A stretch of 60,161 bases of DNA, counting the filler, from Sphacelaria rigidula (Eukaryota), in the NCBI GenBank assembly GCA_964200075.2. It is 7 parts of 7 records of this genome, joined end to end, with 100 filler letters (N's around TTAATTAATTAA, not from the genome) between each part and the next. Parts side by side here need not be neighbours in the genome. Positions count along the whole stretch, not along the records: positions 8,611 to 17,119 come from CAXNAA020010932.1; positions 17,220 to 25,728 come from CAXNAA020010933.1; 5 more parts are not named here. One strand, given 5' to 3'. A program made the translations under genes and the position numbers. Below the pieces are notes generated by a model, which saw only the letters and a list, made by a program, of their open reading frames with translations, searched no databases and had not been told where the DNA came from. Below are positions 13,125 through 25,828 of the stretch, in pieces (the first letter of the stretch is position 1; every line of letters begins with the position of its first letter).

Positions 13125-14045
13125 GTGCGTATTTTTAGTTTGACTCATCACCTGTGATTGCAAACCCGGTTACGCCGATCGCGTTCCCCATTTTCTCATG
13201 AAGTATTCCGCACACCTTAGCAAGCAATAGCAAGCACACATACATACGTCTAACGTACGTTCAACATCAATCACTGCCGCTTCACCTGCTACTTGGATAC
13301 TTTCATACCAGTATCACGACAATCCAAGCTTGTCATGTGCAAGGCAAGCTCTCACATGAGTGTATGCACATCTAGACCAGACACGTAGTACCGCTGGATC
13401 ACATCCAAACTGCTTGAGTTGTAAATCATGTCCCGACACGGCACGTATTGCATCTACTGTAGTCTTGTGGCGTAGCAGTCCAGTTCCGTGATATGGGTCC
13501 ACTCCGACCGATATGGAAATGCACATAGTCGATCGACTCTGCCGACAATTGTCGCACGTAAGCGACTTTTGGCCGAATTAGAAAAATGGACAGGCTCAAA
13601 AGACGAGTGTGGCGCCAGGCATACGACTCGATCGAACTTGTCGTTGAAACGAGGAGTATCACAGTAATAGTTATCGTTACTCTGGCGGGAGCTGTTCAAA
13701 ATGCCTTGTGGCATCTTCTCATGCGAGGGGAACCAAATGCCTCGTACCAGCCACAAGACCAGTAGAGACAGAGCTAGCAGCTTGAATCATCATCCGATCA
13801 AGGTCCTACGCCTTCGCCCACTCATGTTATTCATTCGATCGGATTCACAGCTATCACGAAGATTGAAGTACCAAATTTGCCGGCCCTGAGGTGCGCTGCG
13901 TTCGCTGCGCCTTGTGTGAGACTTACTTGCTCTCTCGAATGCCTATGCGGTAGCCTACGATTGTAGACTTTTTGAATGCATGCCGTGACGTCCACGTCTC
14001 GTATTCGTGTTTGGTTGTACCCCCCTCACCTACCGCTTTTTTCAG

Positions 14046-14571
14046 AGGGCGGGAGTGGGTGGTGGAAGCTCTCCAAGGAGGCGGAGTGTGCTGGGTCGAG
14101 GAAAGCGACTTCCGCCACACTGTCGACGTATTCGTCAAACGTGCACCCAGCCAGCTCGGCGTAACCCCGCGCTTCGTGTTCGCAACGAGTGACGATTCGG
14201 AATTTCTCGCGGCGACCAAACTTGGCAATGCCGTTCCCGTGTTTTCACTGGACGACGTTACACTACCGGCTGAGCTTGCCGACAAAAGCGGGGTACAGGA
14301 AGCTGACGTGCTTGAGAGTCTGGCGACCGGGCGAACGCTTACTGCGGAGGAAGTACGAGCGGCGTTGCCTGCGATAGACGTGGCCGTTTGCTCCAGAGCA
14401 CCCCTATTGGTACTGAACTATTTTTCGACGTACTCGGCGCTCATCAAGAGTAAGGCTAAGGCGCAACCTGATTACGGCAAGGCCTTGTATTGGAAGGTCA
14501 CTCCCGACCTGTCCAACTGGTGGACTACATATTTTGGCTGGCTCAGCAAGTTGTTTCACCGGTCCTCCTGA
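14046..14571 (+). CDS. O-fucosyltransferase-family protein, terminal exon
   Basis: ttttttcAG acceptor, phase-compatible. Motifs VFATSDD and IDVAVCSRA...STYS. Ends at TGA 14571. Confidence 0.9.
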
Positions 14572-16281
14572 CGCATAAACAGCATGAACAAGGCGTGTAC
14601 ATATAGATACACTGAACGGTTGATGTTTTCAGTTTTTCGCGTCTTTGCTGTAGTTTTGTGATTCAATCGCTCAAGAGCTTGCTCGGGAGGTCAGTGTAGT
14701 CTTCGTGGTTCTGTCGGGTCGGGTTCGGATGATTATCTACAATAGTCACGTTCTTTGGTGGATATGTGCAGGTGTTTTTTCGTGTGCGCAAAAGGGATGA
14801 AGTCAAGGTCATATGTTGGTATATCCACCATTTCTCTAGTGCGTGTTTGGTACAATACAAAGATTGATCTACGTTGGCCTGTCGAGGGAATCTACGGCCG
14901 TAGATTGTTGGTAAATATGTTGACAAATGTTGGGGGTAAGGAGAGATACATAGGATAATCGTGGGCGGGCTTCGCGTACTGTAGAACACAGCACCCCCCA
15001 AAACTGTGGTACATCGGGACGTGCGTCTGTGGCACACATTTAGTGATTTAGTGCGAAGGACGCGAAGGGTGTGTGGAGAAAACCACTTCTCTACTGCCTG
15101 TTAGTGCTGTGGGCCATTGGTGCCAATGTTTATTGTGACTTTACTCGAGGACTCACGTATATGTAGCCGAAGTAGACCACCAATATCTTCGCGTGGGGAC
15201 CAACTTGAACGTTAGACTTGCAAAATGTGGTGGACGGGCCAATGTTTCGGTTCATTGCGGTTTGACTCCCACGCATCTGAGGTTGATCGATGTGATTTGA
15301 TGAAGCGTCTCAAAGTATGTACGTACGACATACTGTCTGCATGTAGAAGGCTTTGGCCCTGGGGTGGCTCAACTCACCTCGCCTCACCTCACGTCGAGCA
15401 CCCGTAGACCCAAACTTCATAACAGCGGCACCCACCTTTCAGGGTTGTCCCAACCTAGCGCGACTGTGCCTTTTCTACTGGCTGCACCATCTCTCTACTC
15501 TCGTCTGTCGTGCTCAACACATACTTCACTTGCTGCATGCTTGCCTGCGTTTTAAAAGGGCCTTGAAAAGTGTATGGTATTCTCGAACCTCATTTCCAGG
15601 GTTCTTCTTTCAAATGGGGTTGAAACTGCCTTCCGAAAAGTCTTATTTCACGTCTAACAGTTAGTTGTGCAAAAACAACCGTGACTGAGGATTTTATTTG
15701 TTTGTTGAAACTTCCCCTAGTAGTTTGCCTTGTCGCGCACTGTTGCTTTGGTGTCTGAAGCCTTTCGTATCTCCTTCCGTACACTCGAAATGGCTCTCAT
15801 CATCAGATTCCCCCATCTTGGAGTAAAATGGTGCTGGGGCTTCTTTCGACACCTGGAAAAATTCGCAAGGGGCAGGGAGTTTCCCACCCTGTGAAATTTC
15901 CTATTTTCAACGCCTAATATACGTTTCCAGTAACGGCGGGAATTCTTCATCGGAACACCAACGGCAGCACTTCTTTTGTTCTCATGAAAGTATTCCCTCT
16001 TTTATCATTTTGTGGGAGCTCGAACAAATTCTGTAAAAATGGTGAAACCGGAAGAAGCCAACGAACGATTATCCTTCTCTCACGTGGTGAGAACCGTCTC
16101 GAATGTACGCAAGGAGACACTGTACCCATGACTGACTTTAGACACCGGAGCAACACTGCGCGACAAGGAAAGCTTGGTTGGGGAACTATCAACAGACGTA
16201 TGAAAATCTCAGTTGATTGTTCCTGCTCAACTGTTTCACGCAAGATGTGACTCTTCGGGAGTCGACTTCAACCTCATTTAC

Positions 16282-16723
16282 CACGGGATCTTACAAACTG
16301 GGGATGTTTTGTTGGGGGGGGAAGAGAAACCCGGAGAATTCAAATATTCGTATCCACACCAAATCTTCGAAATATGGTTCCATTTCTTCACCTACTGATA
16401 GCTTTTGACAACTGCTATACGCCATGGAAATTTGGATTTCGATCACCGAAATGTTGGGGCCCTAGGTGAAGAACCAATAATTTATGGAATTCCGGGTGTC
16501 CGAACGGGCGCCAAAATGGTTCCGAAACTGGTTTTTCACCTAGGACCCCAACATTTCGGTGATCGAAATCCAAATTTCCATGGTGTGCAGCAGTTGTCAA
16601 AGGCTATCAGTAGGTGAAGAAATGGAACCATGTTTCCAAGATTTGGTGTGGATACGAAGATTTTCATTCTCCGGGTTTCCCATCTCCAATAAAAGATCCA
16701 TCCCCAATTTACAAGATCCCGTG
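16282..16723. mobile_element. ~440-bp foldback/MITE (near-complete palindrome)
   Basis: Arms of roughly 190 bp are reverse complements (CACGGGATCTT...AAGATCCCGTG). Homologous to 35543-35982, 44690-45131 and the partial copy at 17056-17119. Confidence 0.85.
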
Positions 16724-17119
16724 TTATTTTTTGAGGATTCAACCTCATTTTGCAGGATCCTTCGTCATTTTTCCAGGGCTTTTATTTTGTCACCATAAAT
16801 AAGGAACTCGGCCTGAGGCCACTTCTCATCATGTGTAAAAAAGTAATCTTGTTGGAGAATTGTTTATATATATTTGGCCCTTGTCGGTCGTTTTTCGCCC
16901 GATGAGAGGGCTAGGCGGACGCTGACACCGTGGAAGGACGTTCTTGCTCCACCCGTTGAGACCGTTCCAGGGCACCTTTGCGTTATCCGTGAGTGACACT
17001 TACTTGAAGTTATAAGAAACAGGGCGGAAACTGCTATTTTTTCAATAACTTGAAACAGCCGATCATCTATGTTGAGGATGGTGCTTTTCATTGAGGATGA
17101 GAACCCGGAGGATTAAAAT

Positions 17120-17219
17120 NNNNNNNNNNNNNNNNNNNNNNNNNNNNNNNNNNNNNNNNNNNNTTAATTAATTAANNNNNNNNNNNNNNNNNNNNNNNNN
17201 NNNNNNNNNNNNNNNNNNN
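17120..17219. other. artificial contig spacer
   Basis: 44N-TTAATTAATTAA-44N. Confidence 0.99.
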
Positions 17220-17284
17220 CGAACCCCCCAACTCAACCATCAGAAGGTTACGAGGTTACCAACTGAGCCACCGGGGCGACCGGC
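17220..17284 (-). mobile_element. tRNA-derived SINE 5' head (cut by contig edge)
   Basis: Minus strand reads GCCGGTCGCCCCGGTGGCTCAGTTGGTAACCTCG...GGGGTTCG, with a Pol III A box (TGGCTCAGTTGG) and the start of a B box (GGTTCG). No complete cloverleaf. Confidence 0.65.
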
Positions 17285-17459
17285 GGGTGTAACACGAATT
17301 ATCTCGAAATCTGAAGATCCGCGGCCGAAAATCTGTTGCCATAACATCCGGCCTATTATTCAGAAGAAATGAACCTACAAGAGCCAATCAGTATTACTCA
17401 CAAGTACACGCGTCACCTCGAAATGACGACCACGCTCATAGAAGATGTACCACGATATA

Positions 17460-19053
17460 TTAATCCTCTTGGGACTGACCATGACCACTAAAATGGGGTT
17501 GACCATGTATTCATGAAATAATAAAAAAAAATGAGTCAGGAAGCGACCTGCCCAATCACGGCGAGGCGAAATTTATCGACCAGACCTGAACGACCAGCGC
17601 GGGGGCTGTTACCGAGTGTGATGTCACCGCAAAGATCGTGTGGGGGCCCTATCCCCATCCCTGGCCCAGGTAAGCCTTACAAGGTATCCAAATCCCAGAT
17701 GCTCGGGGCATGGCTTATCGTATTATTTGCACTCAGTATAGCGTTCCCGGGATTCCCCGGAAGTTTGGGGGCGTCGCCAGCCTATACTAGAACGTAGTAA
17801 TTACACTTACACAGGTTGGAGGAGGAAAAAATGGAAAGGATGTACATGCCACGAATGTGGTCATTTTCACGAGGCACTAAACCTAGGTGAATCGTGGGAA
17901 GACAAAAGGAGCTATCGTCATGAATTACGTCCATCCCTGTGCCGATGCCTTGCAGTGTGCAGTCAATATATATGTACAGTAGTGGGCGGCCTAACTATTC
18001 AGGGATGTTTTGGGGTTTTCCTCGCGTACTACCTTTCGATAGAACTTCAAATTGCTAGCGTCGGTAGATTTTCGCCCAATGAACAGATCACCCTCGAAAC
18101 ACAGTGCCCAAGTCAGTGCTAGTTGGTGTTATCGAGCGATACGAGTAAATAACCCGTTTGTCAGGAGAGTGTTGTTGACCGTGAAACACAGATTTTCGGC
18201 TCTAGTGCAAAGAGTAGGTAACATTTCGAAAAAATCAAACTGTACATTTCTTCACTAATATGATGGGGAGAGGACCGATCAACTGAAAATACCGAAAAGT
18301 AAGAATCTGGTCTGAAACGTGGCAGAACCCCCGATGACCGGTAAGCCCGTAAGTCACTCAATATCCAGGACATGTGATTTTTTTTTCTTGGAATGTGGAG
18401 CGGACACAAATATCTTCAGGTCCCCAATGTGATGAGCGGTGACAAGCGAAAAGAGCCCAATATAATCGCCAATTACGAAAAAATCACGAAATGCCACGAA
18501 ATGAACAGTTAGACCGCCCACCATTTTAGCTGGCGGGGATGAAGAAGCGGTATACAGGCAGTTGATCGCGGTAGCTGAGAATTGCCCAGAACGTGCGAGG
18601 GAGTATGCAGCGGCAGCTGCTGCTGCAGGCGGAGAGGCGTACTGCACTGTCCTATACTGCTGTATATGTATGTGCGCCGCAACGCTCATGCCCTTCAAAG
18701 AGAATTTTCCGCTCGCAACAACGAGGGAAACCGCGGCCCACCTCGACCACATAGGGCTGTGTGGCAAGGAGATGGGGACAATAATATCATCCAAAAACCA
18801 CAAAAAAAGTGGCGGCCGGATCCTGTTGAAAGCTCTCTATGGCAACCCATACTGCTTGCTACATCAGATGTACATTACCTAACGCGCACCCTGCACCTGA
18901 AAAAAGATTGGATGAAACTTTCGGTCTTTATAACCCTGCGGTTACATACGCGGATTTCAGCAATATGAAGCCACTGTTTCGTGCAGACTTCAGATACGTC
19001 ATTCCTAACCAGCTTCATTGGTCGTTCTGGAGGCCCGGTCCCGAAGGGGTTAA
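17460..19053. mobile_element. piggyBac-like non-autonomous element bounded by TTAA
   Basis: Left TTAA-TCCTCTTGGGAC and right GTCCCGAAGGGG-TTAA form an imperfect TIR. The last ~175 bp are homologous to 25829-26007, which also ends AAGGG-TTAA. Confidence 0.55.
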
Positions 19054-19639
19054 CTCTTAGACGGCGACCCTCCCGCAGATAAACTGTCCACTTTTTGGGT
19101 GCATAATAATTCCTTTGTCACAACACAAAACGCCTGCTCTACAGTGGAAGGGCCCGGAGGTGCTCATGAGACACAGATTGTTGAAAGTCATGAGACAGGC
19201 GCCTGCAGACAGTGCGGTAGTGGTGTGGAATCTGACGTACTGCTATTATTACATTACACTGCATAATTGTGCACAGCAGCAGTCTGACGTGTTCTGCGCC
19301 GCAGCTCCACGTACCCTCTACAGCGCACTAGATGTTACAGTTTTGCACGTGTTGAGGGTATGCAGCGTACGTGTGTGATTTCGCACCATGACTACCGCTG
19401 CGAACACGCTTACAGCACGTGTCCCGCTCATCGTCGCAGTTTCATTTGTGCTACAGGCTGGCTCACGGGAAAAAAAAAAAAAAATGTGTCATCAGCAAAT
19501 GCCTTCTGCAATACGCACCCAATAGTCGCATACATGGTATCATACTGAGTGCAATGAACAGACGAAGAGGGTGACATAGCCGGATTTTTGTTTGAGGTTA
19601 CAGCGGTGGCGCTATGGACAAAAATGTGTCTCGATCAAT

Positions 19640-22600
19640 CAGCGCCTTTCAAACTGTTGCGAAATTGAACATACGAATTCCAAGCCCGATTCACACCGAA
19701 TCTCCACATGCTTCAAATCGTAGTGACCGTCATCACCTCAAGAATCTAGCGGGAGAGACGGATTTGAAAACGGTTCCAACGGGGTCGAATTATACCCGAA
19801 ACCATAATGTTTCGGGGATGTGGAGTTTGGTGTCGTATACTTTCCACTCGTTATACGCAAGGAAGGCTCAGGGAGACTCGTGACGATTTCCCTTATATAT
19901 GTTGTAGAAAAGCTCAGATCATCCTCAAACTTGGCAATTTTGGTAGGTATTGATGCTCCGAATGGAAAAATTGTGTTCTTGGCAAGGTTTCAAAGTTTCT
20001 CCGTTCTCTATCGGCTTCCGGGGGTCCCAGTACAAAGACCCACGGAAGGCGGTACAGAATGACTCAAAAAAACAAATAATAACATGATGCGTCCCGGGAT
20101 GGTCCTAGGAACACATGTACAAAGTTTGGTGGAGAAAATAGAAAATCTCATACATATTTCTCGCATAGACGTCAAAGACAACCGACAGAGACGTTTTCAT
20201 ACTCCAACCAAGTAGTTAGGAGTTTGTACGTGTTAAGCTCACATCCTCGCACAAACGCGCAAATCTTCACGCATTTATTAGGAGCTAGACCCTGAAACTT
20301 TGCACAAATGTGCAATGAATCATTTCGCAATTTCCAATCAACGAGGTTGTTTTACGTCTTGAATTTTTACCGTTGTTCGGGGGTCCGACGAGATCCAAGT
20401 CGTTTTTTCGAAGTCGTCCATCCTGAGACCCCGGAAAACCGGCACTACGGTATTTTTCTCATTTTTCTCGCGAACGCCATGTCGCCGTAAAACCCAAGGA
20501 AGAACCCCACAAAGTTTCGTGGCCAAACTCGATTTACTGGTGCTTGAATTTTCATGTTCACGTCAAAGAAGCCCCAGAAACGCGATTTTCATACCAAAAT
20601 TAGTAGTTTGCCGTTTCATACGGTTGGGTACTGAACCAGTACGTACTGCCACTGCATATGTACTGCCAGTGCGTATGCACTGGTAGACAGCCCCTCCAGT
20701 ACACCAGTACATACACATCTACGTAGACTCCTCAATACGGCTCAAGAACCAGCGGAAACTCATCTATTCAGGCCGCCTCAAAGGAGACACAGCACACAGC
20801 ACACCCCACACGAATCACACAGCTCGGGAGACCATACAACGATGGACAGGTTTGTCTCCTCTGGCAGCTCGCCGTCTGCTGCAGACCCCGGTAGTGGTGG
20901 GGCTGCTGCGCAATGGAGAGGAGTTCAGTTGTGTTCCCTCCTGAAGGGTTCTGATAGCCAAGAGAATCGCCATCGTGATGACTCTGCTTGTTGTCGTGGT
21001 AGTTTATATTATTCGCATTAGTAGTATTATATCCGCACATTAGTCCAATCTCGCGAACCCGTGGTCACAGACGTAGGCTCGCCTTTCCAATACCTACTAT
21101 AGCGGCTGTAATTTGTGCGCGGTGTAGGTTTCGGTTGGGTAGCTTTGGCACCATTGTTATCTCCCACGTACTGTTGTAGCACGCTATGCTGGTTCGTGTC
21201 CCCTTCGTTTTTTGTTTTTTTCTTGGCTCCCTGGTTTAACTTCAGGGCTGCCGTGTCGTTGCTTCCTGAGTTTTTTTGCGAGGGGTTGTCCAGTCCAGTA
21301 AACAAGAGTGCCGCTCACCACCTTGTGACCTTGTGCCTTGTGCTTTCAACTGCTGGTTTTGTGGGGCTTTCTACTTGGATGCTTGCATTTTTTCAATACT
21401 CCCCAACGAAAGGGGTTTGGTGGAACATCCAGTTTCATGCACTTTCATATGCACGGACTACGTCTCCCACGGTCCTGGAGTTTGTGGGTGTTGCAAAGTT
21501 CAACATTTGTGCCATATTCCCTCATGTAGAAAATCAGAAAACCAAAAAAAATGGGCGTTGTCCTCGAATTTTCCATCGTTTTCCCCGCGATAATGCCTCT
21601 GTCACATGGGCCAAAATCACTCATTTTTTATGCTCTAGTGAAGCCAAATCGCGTAAAAAAGCGCATCCAGCGGGGCCCTCCAGGGGCGCCTCCGGCGGGC
21701 CCCCCTCACCACCCGTGGGGGGGGGGGGGGGGGGGGGAGGGGCGCGACGGTGGCGCGGCGGTGGCGCGGCGGATCGGATCCTGTATACTGGCTTCGCCAG
21801 TACCCAGCCCTAACGTTGCACCCTAAGGTTCATCGCACAAACGCGGAAAACTTCACGCCGTTTGAAGGAGTTAGACCCTAATTTTTTTCACAAGTGTGCT
21901 ATTGGTCATTACGCACCTTTGAAAGGACGAGGTTTTTTTTCATTTCCTGTACCGTTTTACGGGGGTCCGACTGGATCGAAGCTTCCCCGAAAAAACGGTG
22001 AAAAAAGTGAAGGAGTAAAAAAAAACCTTGGCCTTGGAATGTTGCGTACTGATCCATAGAACACCTGGGTAAAAATTCAGGGTCTCATTCCTTATAACCG
22101 CGTGAAGTTTTGCCGATGAGTGTTTTTGGGGGGTTTTCCATGAACCAGCCTGTAAGATGGTGCGTCCCAGGATACTGTAATCCAAGGAACACATGTACAA
22201 AGTTTGGTGGAGAAAAAAAAAATCTCATTCATTTTTCCCTGCCTTGACGTCGAATTAACGCTCAAACCTTCACGCAATTATTAGGAGTTAGACCCTGAAA
22301 CTTTGAATAAATGTGCTGTGAGTCATTACGCAAGTTTCGATCAACGAGGTTATTTTACGTTTTGATTTGTTTACCGTTTTTCGGGGGTCCGACAGGATTC
22401 AAGTCGGTTTTTCGAAGTCGTCCGTTCTGGGACCCCGGAAAACCGGCACTACGATACATATTTTCTCATTTTTTTCGCAAACGCTCTGTCGCCGCAAAAC
22501 CCAAGGAAGAACTCCACAAAGTTTCGTGGCCAAACTCGATTAACTGGTGCTCGAATTTTTATGTTCACGTCAAAGAAGGCCCAAAACGCGCTTTCCATAC

Positions 22601-22990
22601 TAAAATCTAGTAGTTTGCCGTTTCACCGTGGCACGGCAAGGCTCATCGCACAAACGCGGGAAACTTGACGTTTTCGGGAGTTAGACCCCGAAATCTTGCA
22701 CAGGTGCATTTCACACCTTAGGTGAGCGAGTTTTTGTAATCTTTCCGTTCTTACCGTTTTACGGGGGTCCGACTGGATCGAGGTTTCCCCGAAAAAACTG
22801 GGACCCCGGAAAAACGGTGAAAAAAGTAGGAAAAGTAGAAAAAGCTCGACCTTCAGAAGTCGCGTCATGAGCCACAGAACACCTGGGCGAAATTTCAGGG
22901 TTCAACTCCTTGAAACAGCGTAACGTTTTGCCGATGAGTGTTTTTTGGTTCTTTTCCGTGAGCCAGCCTGTAGGGTGAAAACGTTCCACA
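19640..22990. repeat. cluster of modular non-coding DNA-transposon-derived repeats
   Basis: Internal duplications: ~20250-20620 vs ~22260-22625, ~21830-22170 vs ~22645-22975, ~20090-20150 vs ~22160-22230. Recurring GAGTTAGACCC(T)GAAA motif. Homologous modules at 55860-56780. Confidence 0.7.
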
Positions 22991-23372
22991 CCCTGGACAA
23001 TATATGGTCAATAGATACTTAAGACGAGAAGTGTACTGCACCAAGTATAGGCCGACTGAAACTATTGCCGGCCGACAATAGTCGCAATAGGCCTATACTT
23101 TGCAGTACGTTTCTTGTCTAATGCAACTATTGACCATATACTGCCCAGGGTGTGATGTGTTCTAACCACGGTGCATCTCGTGTGTTGAGGGGTGTTGCCA
23201 TTCGAGTGTAAATGATCATGTAGATAACACCCCCCCCCCCATTGTGTTTGGGTAGAGGATAGAGCGGTTTCATCCCCGGCTAGGAAGACACGGAGGCTCG
23301 AAAACAAATATTTCGTTGTTGACACGTTCTATTGATAGGTTCGTGTGTTAGAGTGCATTGCCGTAAGTGTTC

Positions 23373-23540
23373 TGATTGATCGATTGATCGTGGCATGTTG
23401 AGTGACCCCCCAAGGATCCAGCTATGGTCACATGATCCACGTACCAGAGACGGCGCAAAACGGAAACACTCGCTGAAGAAGATGAAAGAGACAGAAAAGG
23501 TAAAACAAAACAGAGTTGACTAAGGCAGAAAAGAACATAA
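23373..23540 (-). mobile_element. RTE-type retroposon 3' tail
   Basis: Reverse complement of the CCA(C/T)GGCTGGA...CAATC tail also seen at 24350-24405, 27395-27515, 52980-53060 and 54165-54230. Confidence 0.55.
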
Positions 23541-23564
23541 ACATATGTCGTACAGAGCGGTGCT

Positions 23565-24405
23565 CGAGATGACCAACTGCGAACGTATCGAGACGGCTAT
23601 CCGCAAACGTCAACTCTGCTTCGCGGGAGCCCTTGTCCGGCAGGACACACGCCTTCCTAAGCGCGTCATGAACGGTCGGCTTTCCATACGAGGACCCGAG
23701 GAGACCGGCCGTCCCCCCAAGCAATGAAAGGATACCCTCCAGGAGAGTATACGTGCGCTAGGGGCTGTCCCGCACAAAGGAGCCCGACGGAAGTGGTTCG
23801 TCTACGGTGTAGAGGTCAATGATGCATACGATTGGGTCACTGCGGCGAAGAGCATGGGCAAATGGCATATTCGAGTCGGAAAAGGAACGGTAGAGTTTGA
23901 GGACACGTGGCGACGCGCGCATAAACGAGAATCAGACCGCCGTCACAAGCGAGAGGCTGCTGCGTCGAGGGCCGCTAATCGAAGAATTATGTCTGCTCAT
24001 ATCGGCTGTTGATTATGTCCTTAGTCGGTGGCTCTGCGGTGCCCACTGGTGTGTGTCTGTATCTACTCTGCTGCCCTGAATCCCTTGGGCTTGTTCCTTT
24101 TTTTTCGTTAGTTTATTCAATTTGTTTTGTTTTTTCTTTTTTCTTTTCTCTTTTTTCTTTTTTTTGATCGACCATTTCTCTTCGTGCTTTGCTTTTGTTG
24201 ACTTTTGATTATTATTATTATTATTATTATTATTATTTCATTTTTTTTACGCATTAGTCCGCTATGTCGTTCTGTTCGACATTTTTCTGTTACTTCTTTT
24301 CTTCAGCGACTATTCCAGTAATGCTTTTCTTGGCTTCGTCCACAATGCTACCACGGCTGGACCCCTAGGAGATCAGTTTAAGTACGACAATCCATCAATC
24401 AAATG
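23565..24405 (+). mobile_element. 5'-truncated RTE-clade LINE (ORF C-terminus, 3' UTR, short-repeat tail)
   Basis: SYRAVLEMTNCERIETAIRKRQLCFAGALVRQDTRLPKRVMNGRL...GRPPKQ*KD resembles the RTE post-RT region and has an in-frame stop. T-rich UTR ending ...GACAATCCATCAATCAA. Confidence 0.8.
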
Positions 24406-24419
24406 AAAAAACGAGGAGA

Positions 24420-24650
24420 GAACTGACCGACCTCTGCCACATGGGTCCGGTGCTAAAGGTCTTGCGCAGAAGCGCACTCGTACCCAGCCGTGAAAAACAA
24501 ATGCTGTGGGAAAAATATATATTGCGGCTCATCTACCACGACCGCACTTCTTGTGGTATGGGGCATGGACCCTCTCATCTATGGACAAGCGCAGTGAAGC
24601 GATGAAGCGAGCTTCTACACTGCTCCGGCATACACCGGCAGGAAAGGACA
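24420..24650 (-). repeat. interspersed SINE-like repeat
   Basis: Reverse complement aligns by eye with 27065-27275 (TTTCCTGCCG...AGCCGCAAT...CCATGTGG...GGTCGG). Confidence 0.6.
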
Positions 24651-25728
24651 CTATATATGTATAGAGAGGGAGAGGGAGAGAAAGGGGTGAGGGAGAACAG
24701 ATAAGGAGACTACAGAAGTTGTCGTGACACGCCAAAACGTTGGACACCAAAAGTGTGATCATGTTTTGGTAGAGGGATGCGTGTATTCAATCCCCGGGTA
24801 AGGAACTGTTTTTCATATTTATAATGCATCCCAAATATACTTTCACACCATTCGAAAGTATTGCCATTTGCATGCTATGGGCCAAAGCGATGGATGCCAC
24901 ACCAATATTCACGTTTAAAACCATCCCCCGAGAACGGCTATTTCCTCGTCCCCTGCGCCACCATGCACCCCCCGCCCACATCCAATTCGGCCGGTGTTGT
25001 TAACCCTTGGGCGGCGACCCCCTCGCAGGTGGATTGAGATGGACTTTCCCACATTTGGGTTCTGACTAGCTATTTTCTCGCTACACAAAATGCCATTTTT
25101 TTTACGAACGTGTGGATGTTGGGAATCTGAATAGAAATGAGTCCTGGAGAAATTCTCACCTGTTCTAACCCTGCAGTCTATTGCGTGCATTCAGTATGTG
25201 TGCTGTATGTCTTCGCTGGATACAACGGCAAGAAACAGTAGGCGTGCCATCAATCTCCTCTGAACACAGTCTACTGCATGGTGCTGATGCCCCTGCTTGT
25301 TGTCCCGCAACAATACTGCAGACATTGGGAAGCTATCCTAGCAACACATGAGGGGTCAGGCAGGCGGCATAGATGACGAGTAAAGTAAAAGCACGGTATT
25401 CGTGCTCATCTGTGGTTGAATTGCCATGACCAAAATGAGAAATACGGCTAGATAGCGAAGTAGTTCATCTGCAGTTCACCTGTAGAGGAACTAAGTGGTC
25501 GTTTTGGTAGCCGTGATTGGTCTGAATGATCACTCCGCTCCTCTCGGACTTCGTCATTGGCTTATTATCTTCCGTGAGAAACTTACAAATACACATAATT
25601 GACTTGGTGAGCTTTTCGGCTGCTGTGCGAACAGGCTCCCCCCTGTCAACCCCCTGGCAGGCAGTGTAAAAGCCATGGCTGTCTCTGGAAGTGGCGATAC
25701 CACAGAATAAAGCAACTTTTTGTTGGCT

Positions 25729-25828
25729 NNNNNNNNNNNNNNNNNNNNNNNNNNNNNNNNNNNNNNNNNNNNTTAATTAATTAANNNNNNNNNNNNNNNN
25801 NNNNNNNNNNNNNNNNNNNNNNNNNNNN
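25729..25828. other. artificial contig spacer
   Basis: 44N-TTAATTAATTAA-44N. Confidence 0.99.

Noticed and set aside
17220..17284. tRNA gene
   Set aside because: A box and partial B box only, truncated by the contig edge, and no clear cloverleaf. Better explained as a SINE head.
21115..21813. 232-aa ORF, the longest in the track
   Set aside because: It runs through low-complexity and repeat-derived sequence and has no recognisable domain.
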